Assembly: GCA_036172245.1 (NCBI GenBank)
Contig: JAYWIR010000031.1
Coordinates: forward strand, 1,116,001-1,180,000
DNA length: 64,000 nt
Direction: 5' to 3'
DNA from: Raillietiella orientalis
Lineage: Eukaryota
The position numbers and the translations under genes are program-made. Positions 28,019 to 40,400 of the stretch are shown here, in pieces (the stretch's first letter is position 1; the number at the start of each line of letters is the position of its first letter). The notes under the pieces were generated by a model. It was not told the DNA's origin. It made no database searches and saw nothing but the letters and a program-made list of their open reading frames with translations.

Positions 28019-29177
28019 ATCACAGAAATTTATATGCACGTCAATCAATCGGTGAGCTGAGCGCATCCAGCCGCACTCGAAAGAAGAGCAGGACGCTGAA
28101 GAATGCCTTCAACAGCTTCAAAGTTGTCAAGGTGCCCGGAAAATGGAGTTTGTCCTGAAGAACTGCACTTGGAGGAGTTGACGAGACGGCAGCTCATTCG
28201 ATCCATGCTGTTTTCGAAGAGTGCAAAAGTTCCGCCTCCTCCTCTTTGCCACCTCCAGAATCCACTGACGTCACAGAGACAGCGCGTTTCGATCTGGAGG
28301 AAGGGCAAAGGAAGGAACCATGATTTCTTGCAGTTGCGAGGTGCAGCACCAAGGAAACGAGGTGGAGATGGCACGACCCAAATTTCACTCGTCTCACGCG
28401 AGCGTAACTGCAGATGGATCCTCGCGATCGGATGGGAAAAACTCATGGTCTCCCCGGGTCACTGAAAGAGAATTGGCGAGACCGCCATCCGGAAAGTTTC
28501 GCGTTACGCCTCCGCTCTACCATCGTGTATCTTCTCAGACAGTGAAGGTGTGCAAATCTCATTAGAAGTTGCAGCTCCGACTCTCGCCTCATCCGTATTC
28601 TCACCAGAGGCGGAATTGTGTGCTGTTGCCAGGTTAGTGGCTGGGTAAAGATGAAATCTGAAGCGTGTCGTGGGAACTGGAAGGAGAAACGCCCAGGGAC
28701 AAGAAAAGCGGCTTAGTCCTTATTAGGAAAGGAACATTTGCACTGGAAAAGTGTGACTGACCTAGCGCTTCCTCCGGAGCCCATCGGGCACAACTGGTTG
28801 CCGAACTTCAGGGTTGTCGAGAAACTCCCCAAAGACAGCTCGATACCGTTTTCCAGCCAAGACAACTGGAAATGGCAGAGAACCTTCCGAACGATGGTTG
28901 AATGCATTTGGCCACCCTGCAATCAATGGATTGAGTGCGAAAGGGAGGCAGGGATGATGAAAGCTTGGAGGAAGAAGAGTTCGAAATCTGACTGGGAGCG
29001 TTTCTTACAACTGGAATGGAACTGAAACGGTTTTCTTCTTTTCTCATTGCGATACAACCAAGAGTGGCTTGAGTTGATTGAACTCCAGCCTGGCATCTCA
29101 CCTGGGATGCAATTCAGTTTGCTTTTACGTACGTGATTTTATAACATCTGTGTCTCTATAGAAAACACCTCTATGAG
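28019..29177 (+). mobile_element. Copy B of the 1.16-kb inverted duplication (LINE ORF2 C-terminal fragment)
   Basis: The same peptides appear in the ORF track on opposite strands (e.g. 10001-10288 minus and 28738-29025 plus); only scattered substitutions and a 2-bp indel differ. Confidence 0.75.
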
Positions 29178-29210
29178 GTGTTGATACGCTTGGAGGTGTT
29201 GCGTGAGTGG

Positions 29211-32200
29211 TTTGTACCCGGTCACGTTGGGAAGTTTACTTAAAAAGCAAAACAAAAATCAGGGGAACAGTGTCCCCTAAATAGAACAATTAGCCAAAAA
29301 AAATGTTCATCGGAAATGACCACCGACATGAAGGTCGACTTCTATGGAAATTCGGAACTGGGAGAGGGAACAATATGATAAATAAAAAAAGACGGGAGGG
29401 TAGGGACAGAGGTCTTGGTTTCAATCGTTTCTTGCTTCCTAAAAGCGGCTCTATGTGGAGGTAATCTCTGTCAGGTGAGTCACTTGGCCGTCCTCATCAA
29501 GGTAACTGCCATGCGAGTGGTCTCCGCTGCGAACGAGACTCCATCACGGAGCAGGTTGAGACGATGGCGCGGGGGCAACAGACCGTTGCTATCACGGCAC
29601 CCGCTGGAACGCGACTTCTCGAGGCGTTTGCTGCCAGAAGGTGCTCTAGCGTTAGGGGAGGAGGCGCAGCAGTGGCTGACGGAGCCTTTCTCGATTGGCG
29701 AAATCATCGGCGCCATCGGGAAGCTCCGAAAGAAAAAAGCGCCAGGGGAAGACGGCCTGCCCGCAGAGTTTTACCAGAGCTTTGCGGCAGAGCTCGCGCC
29801 CCCCTGGGGCAGAAGATGGAAGTGCTGACGCGGGAAAAGGGAGAGGTTTCTGCCTTGTTCCGATCAGCAAATTAAGGCTCCTTCCAAAGGGATCCACTCA
29901 ACATCGGCAACTGGCGGCCAATTACTGTGGTTGATACAGACGCGAAGTTGCCAGCAAAGCTGTGGTCCGAGAGAATCGGACGGGTGACCGAAACGTTCAT
30001 GAGTTCGAAGCAGACGTACGCTGCTCCCGGCAGATCGATGGAAACCAACCTATTCCTCGAGCGGACCTGGCTCGCGTTGCTACAGCGGGGTGACACAGCA
30101 AGCCGGGGGAATCCTCGATTCCCCAAGAGCCACGGACAAGGAGGCCCTCTGTCGCGGGATGCGTCAAGAGCCCTTGCGATCGTGGTCGATCTGCGCAAAG
30201 CGTTTGACTGCGTCGACCAGGAGCTCCTCTGGAGCTTCTGGAACGCTTGGAACTCCCGGCCGTCTTCCTGTCCTATTTGCGCTCTAGCTGGCTCTCCGCG
30301 CTGATTAATGTTTCAACAGATGGCACGTGTACGGCATTCCGGTGCGGCGCGGCGTGAGACAGAGAGATAGCCTGAGCCCATTACTCTTCAGCACCTACTT
30401 CGAGTTGATGGTGAGAGCGTACAGAGATACTCTGGCTTCCTAAATGGGCCTGGTCGAGCCTGTCAGCCTATGCACGAAAGACCTCTTGCTGCTGCTCCCC
30501 ATGTCTTCCCCTGCAGACGCACTCGAGGAATTCCTCGAACTGTTAAGTAGGGGAGCGGGCATGGAGGTAAACAGAGCAAAGTCAAGCGTGTACCCGGTCG
30601 GCGCGACGTGGGCTGGGCAGTCGGACTGGGTCCGTTTGGGGATTCCGACGGTTCCGTACTTCAGGTACCTAGGGGTGCCGATTGGGGACATTTACCCTAC
30701 GGAAGCGTGGTCTCACTGCCTCCAGAAGGCAGAGTCGGTGCTCGGCCCGTTCCAAGGAAGCAAGTTCCTGTTTCCGGAGCGGGTCGTCATTTGGAACACT
30801 TTTGCGGCCCCCGTCCTCCGACCTCTGCTTTTCGTGTGCTTCGCTCCCCCCAGTGTGATGGAACGGAGGAGGACCTTCTTTGAAGAGCCCTCTGGGGCAA
30901 TGGGAGGTCCCGGGTCCGATTAAAAGACTTGTTTGCTCCTTGTCGCGACGGAGGACTTGGACTCCTTACGTTGGAGCGCATGGAATTTCAATTGAACTTC
31001 CGACTGGCCTTCGTGGCAAAGAACTGGACCATCCAGTGATGCGCCCTTGCACGTTTGCTTTCCAGGCTGGTGGTCAGTGGCGAAGCACTCGCAACCCTGT
31101 TTGCGTGTCACCACCGCCGGCTCCCATCTTGAAGCTTCCCTCTCCGGTGTGTCGCGGCTCTAGTGAGAGCGAACACGTGGATGTGCTGCCGCCCTGCGAA
31201 CACTCCGGCATGGCGGCAGGAGAAAGTGAGAACGTGGGCCCAGCTCGCCCGAGCCCCGTCGAAATTCACCCGCTGCCGAGAGTTTGAGAAGAACAGCGGA
31301 AGAACACTGGAGGTGGTGGGTGGTGGGCTGACCATGTTGGCTTACCCAGAAGCCACCCCCTTCGCCGCAGAAGTGTACTCCGCTGCCAAGGTGCATGGCA
31401 CCTGCCTATCGGCGAAGTGGGAGGTTTCCTGCGAGATCTCGGCCAGCAGAAAGCCCCTCGGTGGCTGGACACCGCGGGAGCTGGCTGACGCGGCAACAGC
31501 AAGAACCGCCTCCAAAGGACTCGAACGTTGGAGCGAACTCTTCTCCATTCAGCCCGAAGAGTTGGAAGTGCCCCCCGTGTTTATAGACAGGAAGCTGCTC
31601 CCCTTCAATTGGCAGTAATCCTCGCTGCTGATACTGCACTGGGGTCTCCCGTGCAATGCGCACCGGCACCACTGGACGAGGGGAAGCGCATCGCCCAACT
31701 GTGCCAGATGTGGAAAGGAGATATTCCCCCAGCTCATAGTGCAGTGCGTCGCTCTCCGGGAACTGTGGGAACGTTTCTCTATGTCCCTTCCTCAACCCGT
31801 GGACGATCCCAGAAACTCTTTGAGGACCCTCTTCGTGTGGGATGCCATGACGCCCGCATCCGCAATCGCAGCGCTGTGCTGCATGCGCGGTATCGTCGTG
31901 GCGAAGTGCGCCGAGGGAGACCATAGCGACGGGGACCATCCCAAAGCCATCCGCTTCCTGTGGATAGTTTTGGGATGGTCCCACCTGGAGAGGGAGAAGG
32001 AGGAGCTCGCTGCCATCCTTCAACGAATGCAAAGGTCTCACTCACCACGAAACGTGATTCCTTCCCTTCCCCCCAACTAATTTTTTTTTGTTTCTTTTTT
32101 TTTGGAAGGGGCAGGGGGGATTGCTTGTTATATTTTGTTTTCATTTTTTATTTTGTTTCATCCCCCCTTCCCCTTCGTGGATGTGATGGACCTCTCCGGC

Positions 32201-34100
32201 TCCTCCCTTTCTTTCTAGTGTAACGATTGGAATCGATGGGCCATCGGCTCCACCGATTCCTGTAAGAGAATAAACGCCCCGGCGCCCCCGGGTGTGAAAT
32301 CACGGCGCCCGTCGTCAGCTCGCCTTGAAGCGTCACAGCAAGTCCGAAGCGGGGGTGCTGCGAAGTGCCGAAGCGAATCTGTTCCACATGTCCAGCAGAG
32401 CATCGCAGTCCAACAGAAGGTGCGGAAACAATTTCATCGCCCCGCATCTCGAGAGGCTCGGGAGGCAACTCCCCGGAATCCAGGTGCCTGAGCTGATTGC
32501 ACTTGATGCCCCAGTGCAGAAACAGCGGTTTCTAATGGAACAGGAACACGGAAGTGTCTACACGCAGGGAAGGGACCGCGGGTTCTTCGAGGGCATGCCG
32601 GGCAGCGCTCCGGGCAAAGGGACTGCACCGAAGGAGCCCCTTTGCCCGGGAAGGAGGAGTGGTAGCGTTCACCGACTCTCTCGTCTTGCAGTCATCAAGG
32701 AGTTTCTCTCGACTTCTGCAATTTTGAAGAAGCCTCATCTAGCCAGTTGGCTGCAGCTATCGTTTGCCCTGATGGCAGACAGGGCTGCTGCGGAAAGGGG
32801 TGCAATGGCTATCCGGGACCACTGCCTCCAATCCTGCAGATCTCCCAGCAGTTTGCGCAGGAGACCCCGCAGCACTTCCAAAGCGGTAACCCCGGACTCC
32901 AGTGCTTCCTGCCGCCAGGTGTTTTGGAGGCAGCAGGAGATCCAAGGAAAGGATTCTAGCAATAAGAACAGTTGCCCCGGGAGAAATGTGATCCTGAGAT
33001 CCTGCATCGGCAGCGCGGTAGCCACGAAAAAAGTCCTGCGATTACAGGGTCCATTGCCGGAGGATGCAATGTGCTGGAGCATACCAAAATGTGTGTGTGT
33101 GTGTGTGAAAGAGGGAGAATTCACGTTTCGAAAACTGAATCTGGAGATCGAAAAAGAATTGAGGATTGAAAGAGGTGGAACTATATCGACAAGCAAACTT
33201 CATTTAGAAGAAACCATGGAAACCAGTATGGTTTCGGGGATGGTCTAACTGCTAAGGGAGAACAAGGCTCCTACTTTAGCTAGGGGAAGCATTCGCTCGA
33301 GAAGTCTCGACCCGAGCGGGAAAGATACAATTTCACTCAAGTGATAGCGCAGCTTCACGAAAGGAGTGGGCAAATGATGATGTGCACAAAGCGGGCTGTG
33401 TGATGTAGAAGAAGAAATACATGAAGGCGCGCGTTCATGAATGTGTTGAGCACAATTCAAGGTGTGGATGAGCGCGCCCCCGCACCCCGAGTGCGAAAGT
33501 TCCAGCAAAGAGCTGCAGTCTAAAAGGGAAACCCCGGACAAGAATTTCGTTTCAGAAAACTGGAATCTCTCGGAAACTGTGCTACAAGAAAGGACCATCT
33601 ATGTCCAAGGGCTGCTCAACATCGCCTAAGGGTTTTTCGAGTGCTTTTAACCTAGTTACAAAAATGAGGTGGATGGAACTGCAGACGGAAATTCCCTATT
33701 TGTTAAAAAGCCCGAGAGAGCAGTTGGGAGAAGATCCTCAGTTGTAGCGAACTGACAATGAAGTGCTTCCTGCTCTCCTGCATTCCATCTCCTTCCGCTG
33801 TGGATCAGTACGGAGACTGGTCGAGCGTTCCTATCGGGCGCGTGGAGGTCACTGGAAGTAATGTGAACCACAGCTACGTGTCTGTTGTCACTGATGCTCC
33901 CACCTCCTTCCACCCTTCCCTCATGTGGAGGGGTTTCGTGATGATCATACCATATCAGACATCCTGATGAGCCATGATCTCCTCTCCGTGGGGGATTCAC
34001 TGGATTCCCCTGCCTATCCCGGGATTGAACGGTCATCCTGTACTGCTCGTAAAATGATTCCTTGAGAGGAAATTTCCGTGATATGCAGTTTAGAAGACTT
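29211..34100 (-). mobile_element. Degenerate Tx1/L1-like LINE (host), split by the 29604-32298 insertion
   Basis: APE traces (GSSG...DLHAP), GVRG, LHWGIKCNQLRH, SRCG...FPHLLLDCDALLDMWNRF. The frame resumes across the insertion: QGELTTGAVI|ATVCCPRAIVSTCSVMESRSQRR. 3' end GTAAACTTCCCAACGTGACCGGGTACAAA at ~29211. Confidence 0.65.
29604..32298 (+). mobile_element. 5'-truncated, frameshifted Tx1/L1-like non-LTR retrotransposon (RT plus C-terminal zinc finger)
   Basis: KKAPGEDGLPAEFY, LLPK, VDTDAKL, DLRKAFDCVD, GVRQRDSLSPLLF, GMEVNRAKS, FRYLGVP, GGLGL, LHWGLPCN...CARCG. 13-bp TSD ATCACGGC(A/G)CCCG at 29591-29603 and 32299-32311. Confidence 0.92.
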
Positions 34101-34599
34101 GGAGTTCCCGCGCAAAAGTGAACCCTCACTTGCTGGTGGGTGCTAGCAAGAATGGAATTCTGAAGAAATCTGCCGACCGGAGGCTGTGCCTCTTGAAGAT
34201 GTGCCACCAGTCTTGGGCCTCTTCGAAGGTCTCCAGCATCGGATGAAGATCCAGTGTTGGAGATCAACTACCTGATTGACTACCTTGCTGAAGAAGAAGC
34301 GAGCTATGACGAAGCAAACCCCAGAGCGGTTCTTCAGCACAGGCGTGTTTCTCTGCAGCAGCTGACCCCGGCGGTTCGCAACTCGTGAAACCATCGCCAC
34401 AAGCAGTTCCTGGGAATGCCTCAAAGGAGCAAAGCGTACGGTCAGGAGGATGCGGCGCTGCACTTCAGCAAGTAGGGCCGATTCGCTGCCTCCTCTCATC
34501 CTTCAGAAAGACCTGGGTGTTTCTCTGGATGCAGTCGCAAAAATCTTTGTGCAAAGCTCGAGACGTGTGACTCAGGCACTTCGATGGAAGATTCTTAAC

Positions 34600-35125
34600 G
34601 GGTTCGGTTCAAAATCCCGAAAGATCATAGAACATAAATATATATGTTTATTATTCATATTAATACACACATTTATATAGAGATTAACATACAAGTTTGT
34701 ATTAACATGTATTTTTATTCATATTATTAGCACACATAGTTTTAACAAAATAATTAATTAATTACATTTTCTTTTCCTTTTTTTCCATGTTTGCTTTCTT
34801 ATTTCTCCCCACTGTTTTTGACTGTCATAATAATTATATATCCATTTATTATATATATAAACATATATTGATACACAATAAGCATCTATATGTATTTCCT
34901 ATGATCTTTTATATATATATTTATAAATTGCATATATTAATAATATGTATATCAACAAGTATGTATGTTAAAATACATTTGTGTGGTAATTCATGTATAC
35001 AACATATATACCATTATACACAATAAGCATATATATTTACTTTTAACAATCTTTATAATATACATTAATATATTTATTTTTCTAGATTAGGAGTTTTGGA
35101 TGCTCGGTATTTTGATCGGCATCGA
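34600..35125. repeat. AT-rich foldback/MITE-like element
   Basis: Left end GGTTCAAAATCCCGAAAGATCATAGAACATAAATATAT; degenerate inverted right end ATATATTTATTTTTCTAGATTAGGAG...CGGTATTTTGATC. Confidence 0.55.
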
Positions 35126-36935
35126 TTCTTAACTAATGAATGATCCCTAAATGAATGATCCTAAGATGCCAGAGAGACAGTCATACTTTAATTAAAAAGC
35201 ACACACACACAAAGAATATGGCATGGCAGTTCAACTTGGGGCGAAGTGGGGCCCATATTGTTCGATGCGATGTCGTGCCGCCTATTCTACTGACTTCTAT
35301 CCTAATGAAAAAAAAAAAATGGTTATAAAAAGATACGTGTGATTCTTCCCTCTGGCACACAGTGCGGATGCAGGCTACCGAAGATGATGTTCTTTCAGTG
35401 GGAGAAGAATGATATGAAGGGCATCACGAAAGTTACCGTCCGTGACGGTCTCACGGTTGGTCTGCCCGTAGGCCTTGTGAGATGAGACACCTCTCCGGGA
35501 AACGGCCGTAACTTGACTGAGACTTTGAGGATGTTGAGAAATTGCCATGCACTTCTGCTGCAGAAATCAGGGATGCTCGAATCTTAAAAGAGTCTCGGCG
35601 TCCGGAATTTCAAACGCTGTTCACGTGTTCTCAAAGTCCGCGTCATTTCGTGTAGCAGCAAAGTTAATCGAGTGTACACACTAAGAAGATGATGCATCAT
35701 TGTTTTCTTACTGTGATCTTCGTTTTCTTTATACATTTGGGCTTGGCCCACCTCATGCACCAGTTGGAATTTCCTCTTGCCCTTTGCATTCTATTGAATG
35801 AACGTTGCCAAGAATTGTTGGTCCTTCCCTACCCCCCCTATTATTCTGGAAAGTTTCTAATATTTTTATTTTTTAATTTCTAAGCAAGAAAAGAGTCTTG
35901 CAAGGTACTAGCGAAGATGCGCGTGTGCTTCACGTGGTCCATGTGTGCTATCAAGGTTTTACCCTTAGTTTAAAGTACACGAAACGTCAGACAGAAGTAC
36001 TTTTAAAAGAAGGCTTCTCTCGGTACACGCTTGTCCGACGATGCGCTTTCCATAGAAACCATTCAATCACAAGTTCTCTCTCCCAGCACTTTTCGAAACA
36101 AAAACAAGCGTTTCAGAACAGGAGATGTCTCTAAATGTGAATCTGAAATGTAGATTGAATTCAGCATGGCGTGAAAGTTGGCTGCTGCTTCTTAAGTTTC
36201 GGTCTCTTTTGGGTCTCTTTTCTCGGCAGTTGCGATCTCATTCGGGTGCCTCGGTCATTCCTCGGTACGTCTGTTTCCTTTGCCGACGTCACGTCAGGAA
36301 TGAGAAGATCTCGAGTACAGATCAGACCATCGTTTAAAGTATTAAACAAAATGAATGAGGTGTGGACTGGATGGCCGTGGATCGCTCGAAATCGGGTCTC
36401 TCGCGATTTCTCCAGAATTTCTTTAAAACTCATTCGAGGCGCGGAGGTGGCAGCATCATTTGCTTTGCAGTATTCTACTGGAGACCGATGCTCATTCTGT
36501 AGTCCACGTCTCTTCTCAAATTCCATCAGTTTTTTTTTTCCTTTGCATACTTATAGGATGGAAATTTGCAGCCGTGACGACTTGCGGGGTTGTGTGAGCA
36601 GAAGACCTTCTTCATCTCGATCTAAGAGCAACCATTCCTATCGTGGATCAGCTATGAAGAGAAAGGGGCGAGGCACATTCTCAGAATGAGATCAAAGGAC
36701 TGCAAGCAGAAATTTCTATGCTTTATTTTACGTGTGAACATAAACACGGGATGCAGTGAAGGCGCTCTCGTGGAAAAAAAATGAAGCTCTGGAGTCAATG
36801 TCAGGAAACCAGGAACTGACGCATTTCCCTCAAAAGGAATTGACTTCTGGTGATATTGCACGTGGAGCATAGTGCAAATCCATCTTCCTTCTCATGTATT
36901 CTGGATCCATTTTGGCCACTGCGTATTCTCCACTA

Positions 36936-37479
36936 TCACCAATAATAGTAGTAACCATATTTTTTGGGATAATTATGCCACACGGGTGGCCAAAACTGAT
37001 AATAAGGGTATCTATGCCTTTGAAAGTAGCTATCGTCTTCGTCGTATATGTAATAGGGCAGCTCGTGCCCATAGGTGAACTTGAACTTGGGGTAGTGGAT
37101 CTTGAAATCTGCAAAGCCAAGTCGATAATGCATCAACTCAAGGAGTCATTCAAGCGGAAAGGGAGATGAGGAAAGAGCCCATTTGACGAATGACCGCGAC
37201 CGCCCATTCCAGACTAAGTGCTTGAGTAAGAAAATTCCTCTCACTCACGTCGTTTGCTTCGGATGCTGCTTTCTGATGCATCTGCTTCTTCTTGGGTTGC
37301 ATCGTTCACAAACTCACCGCCATCCTGTCCATCGGGGGTGCTTACAGGAAATTCCTTGTGCTTTCCATCCTTAGGGCACGTCTTTGTTTTCGAGTCTTTT
37401 TTTTTTCGAATACTTACATCATTAACCAGAGATTCCTCGCTGATCTGCGGAACTGCAGTGCTGGTGGATGACGCTTCAT
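36936..37479 (-). CDS. 3' part of a second Tyr-rich precursor gene. Exons 37479-37418, 37369-37249 and 37108-36936; the 48-nt segment 37417-37370 is either an intron or read through in frame. First exon unresolved.
   Basis: Acceptor TCTTTGCAG|AT at 37479. Donor C|GTGAGT at 37248 and acceptor TTTGCAG|AT at 37108 define a 140-bp phase-1 intron. Translation: ...EASSTSTAVPQISEESLVND...DATQEEADASESSIRSKR HFKIHYPKFKFTYGHELPYYIY...YPKKYGYYYYW*. AATAAA on the minus strand at 36727-36722. Confidence 0.7.
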
Positions 37480-40400
37480 CTGCAAAGAGAAAGCGAACAC
37501 TGATGAAGGGGAGAGTTTCGTTCCCGTTAACCCTTCCAAGCTCACAAAGCTACGTGTGCGCACCAATCGACAGTCATGTGTACACAAGAAAAAGTCGATG
37601 ATCCTGCATGAAACATTGTGCACCTGCATCTGAAGAAGATGGAAGAGAAAGATATCAAGTTTGGGAGCTGCTGGAGTTGAAGCATCTGAACAGTGTGTCT
37701 TACGGTAAAGGAAACTCGCGAAGCAAAAATTAATTCCACCACTGCGCCAACATGGATCTGCGTGTGAACTTGCCGGAGACGAAAAAAAAAAAACCTCACG
37801 GAGTTCCAAGAGCCATCATCTCTCCCTCATCCGACCGCTTGAAACTTGGCAGCCGGAGAGCGGCCACTTGATTTGTCGGTTCACTTACCCCAGGGCACAG
37901 AACAGCCATGCACGTGTGGTTGGGTCCCACGGCATGAAGCTGCTTTCAGAATTCTCTTTTGGAACGAAATAGGCACGCACTTTGAGTGGACCACTTGGAC
38001 TCTTAATGGAGGAGCACACCTGCAGCAAGAGAAATAACCCCGCGGAAGCTGGGCGAAAGAAAGGACACATCCGCGCCAACGATTAACTGGGAGAGCTGGC
38101 CAAGGTGTCTCGAGAAACACGGCATCAAACCCCTGCCTGTGGTCACGTTGCTATCAGGAATCGTGCCCGTGAAGACCCGTGTACCCTTTCGACCATTTGA
38201 TGAACAGAGAGACACACATGCTGGAGGTGGTACTCTCTGAAGGACTCATCAGTTTGGGAAGCACAGAGTGGACCAGATTGGAGTATCCTCATCCTAGCTT
38301 CGCTGCATCCAGGGTTGCTTCCTTGCATCGCCACTTGGATGTTCCCGGATGCGCGTTGGTTGAAGCGGAAATTCCAAGGAGCAAAAGCGTCTTTCCGGAT
38401 TTAAAAGTTTTCAAGGTTCCCAACTTCAGTGGGAAGGTTCCCAGTTATTCAGGGGTTATCTACATGTCCTGATGTCTCTTAGTTCATTCCCTATCCGCTT
38501 ACAATGAATTGAAACAAGATAACGCGAAGAGCAGAAAGACAGCGAATTAAGCTTTGCTCCAAAGACTGAAGGCATCGATTGAAATACAGGAATTAAGCGT
38601 TTTTTTTTTTATGTAATTCTCTTTTTTTCCTTGAATTACGCGCTGCGTAGGACTTCGGGGCGAGTGCGTGAGCACTTGGGGGATTCCGAATTTCGCAACC
38701 AATCAGACCTCAGAGAGAATGAGACGAAGCTCTCCTTAAGGTTTCAAAGAGGCCACCTCGGAAAATTCTCGAGGAAAAGGAACCTGTCAAATAAATTTTG
38801 CATTTCCGAATCTCAGCTTGGTTGGAATCTCCGTTCCCAAGAACTCGGCTCCTCTTGCGACCTTTTCACGCGAGCAGAGCTGAGTTGAACGCCAAAGTGC
38901 CCTGCGAGGACAGGGGAAGGAGTTTCGGGGAAAACTTTTGCAAGTTACCATCTACGTAGTTTTTTTTTTTTTTTTTTTTTTCCCCGGATGATTTAAAATC
39001 AATCCCGGTAACTACAGGGCTTGGAAGTAAGGGGCTGCCGTGGCAAAGATCAACTTTCTGCATGGTTTCCACGCAGTGAACGATTAAGGGTTTCCTGAGA
39101 GAGCAACATCTCCACGCCTTTTTGATGCTGGAGACGTATGCATGGCTGTATTTGATATCGCCGTTTTGCTTTTCCTCGGCATGTGAAGTGTCGCGAAATC
39201 AACAGAAAACGTTCTCAGCTAGAGGAGGAGAAAACACGTCTAAAATTTCAAAATGACCCTTTCCTTATTTCTGCTATTTATTTTTAAATAGTAAAAAAGA
39301 ACAGCAAGTGCGACTGAACTCGAGGAGCATCGCCGGTGGATGTCGCCCGATGGCCCAGCGGTCACACCTTAGAAATAAGGTCATCGGTGACGTCTGCAAG
39401 CGGAAGACATGGCGTTATAGAACCCGCGTTCTGCGGTTCCACAAGAAAGAATCGGGGAACTGGGGAAAACCTCGATTCTCATCCCACAGCAAGCTCAAAA
39501 CTCCATGAGCAGCCCAATTTTCATCTACTGACGAGTGCTTGGGCCTTAAAGGTTGCGCAAACAGAGTTGGGACGCTTTCGAGTCCAAAGACCTCTGCTTC
39601 GAGTATGACCTCTCCTCATTATCCTCACGGGATCTCACATCTTCTTTAGAGAGAGATGATGTTCCTTATTCAGATCGGTTTCCTTGTCAGCATTCTCGAA
39701 ACAACAGGAAAGGACATTTCTATTCATTCATTAATACAAAAAGCACAGTTGCCAAATCTTTCCAATTTCGATCTCTTCGACGAGACGGAAGATTCCACCC
39801 TCTACAACAATCTTTGAAGAATTCCACTCTGTGGAAATTTTGGTGCAGAGAATTTTTTTTTTTTTTTCGAAGTCATTCCGGCATTCCGGACCTTGGTTAG
39901 TCTGGGTGTCGTGTAGCTCCACTGTCAAGTTTGAGGACACCTTGGAATGGAATCACTAATTACGCTAAGATAATCTCTACTTCCGAGGGGGCGTGGAATT
40001 CCCACCATCGAAAATCCACGTGAATGTGCCCGTAGCACACCTATGACAAGAGGGGTTCTTTTTCCAGAGCTGTTTCGAGGCCTTGCCACGTGTCCGCCTA
40101 CATCGTCTTGATTCTAATTAATGATATCTCGATTCTGACCCTAGAATTATCGCGGTTATTGTACCATAAGATAACCTGTGATCTTGCACGAACGCCGACC
40201 TACGAGCCGGTGGGCAGCAGGTGGAAACGAGAGTGCATTGGCACCAACTCCTCACAAATTCTTTCAGCGGATCGAAAGCGCAAGCCTTTTGGCAGATCAG
40301 AGAACATTACTGATAATGTGGCGTCATGTCCTGAATGACGTAATTCGAAAATTCCGGCGGCACCTTCCCGATTCAAAGCACGTTCAAATCCATCACATCA

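Noticed and set aside
9849..29177. Polinton/Maverick or other giant transposon with long TIRs
   Set aside because: The arms are LINE ORF2-derived; the interior has no polymerase, integrase, ATPase or capsid ORFs; no TSD or AG-repeat termini
32325..33248. Longest ORF in the track (307 aa, +)
   Set aside because: It is antisense to a LINE remnant and runs through a (TG)n tract; not protein-like
36161..36760. Protein kinase remnant (KIKHRNF, PRMSFKEILEK)
   Set aside because: Catalytic motifs (HRD, DFG, APE) are not recoverable, and part overlaps the neighbouring gene's poly(A) signal
37850..38450. Gypsy integrase trace (YHLQ...MVERVH, minus strand)
   Set aside because: One degenerate motif only
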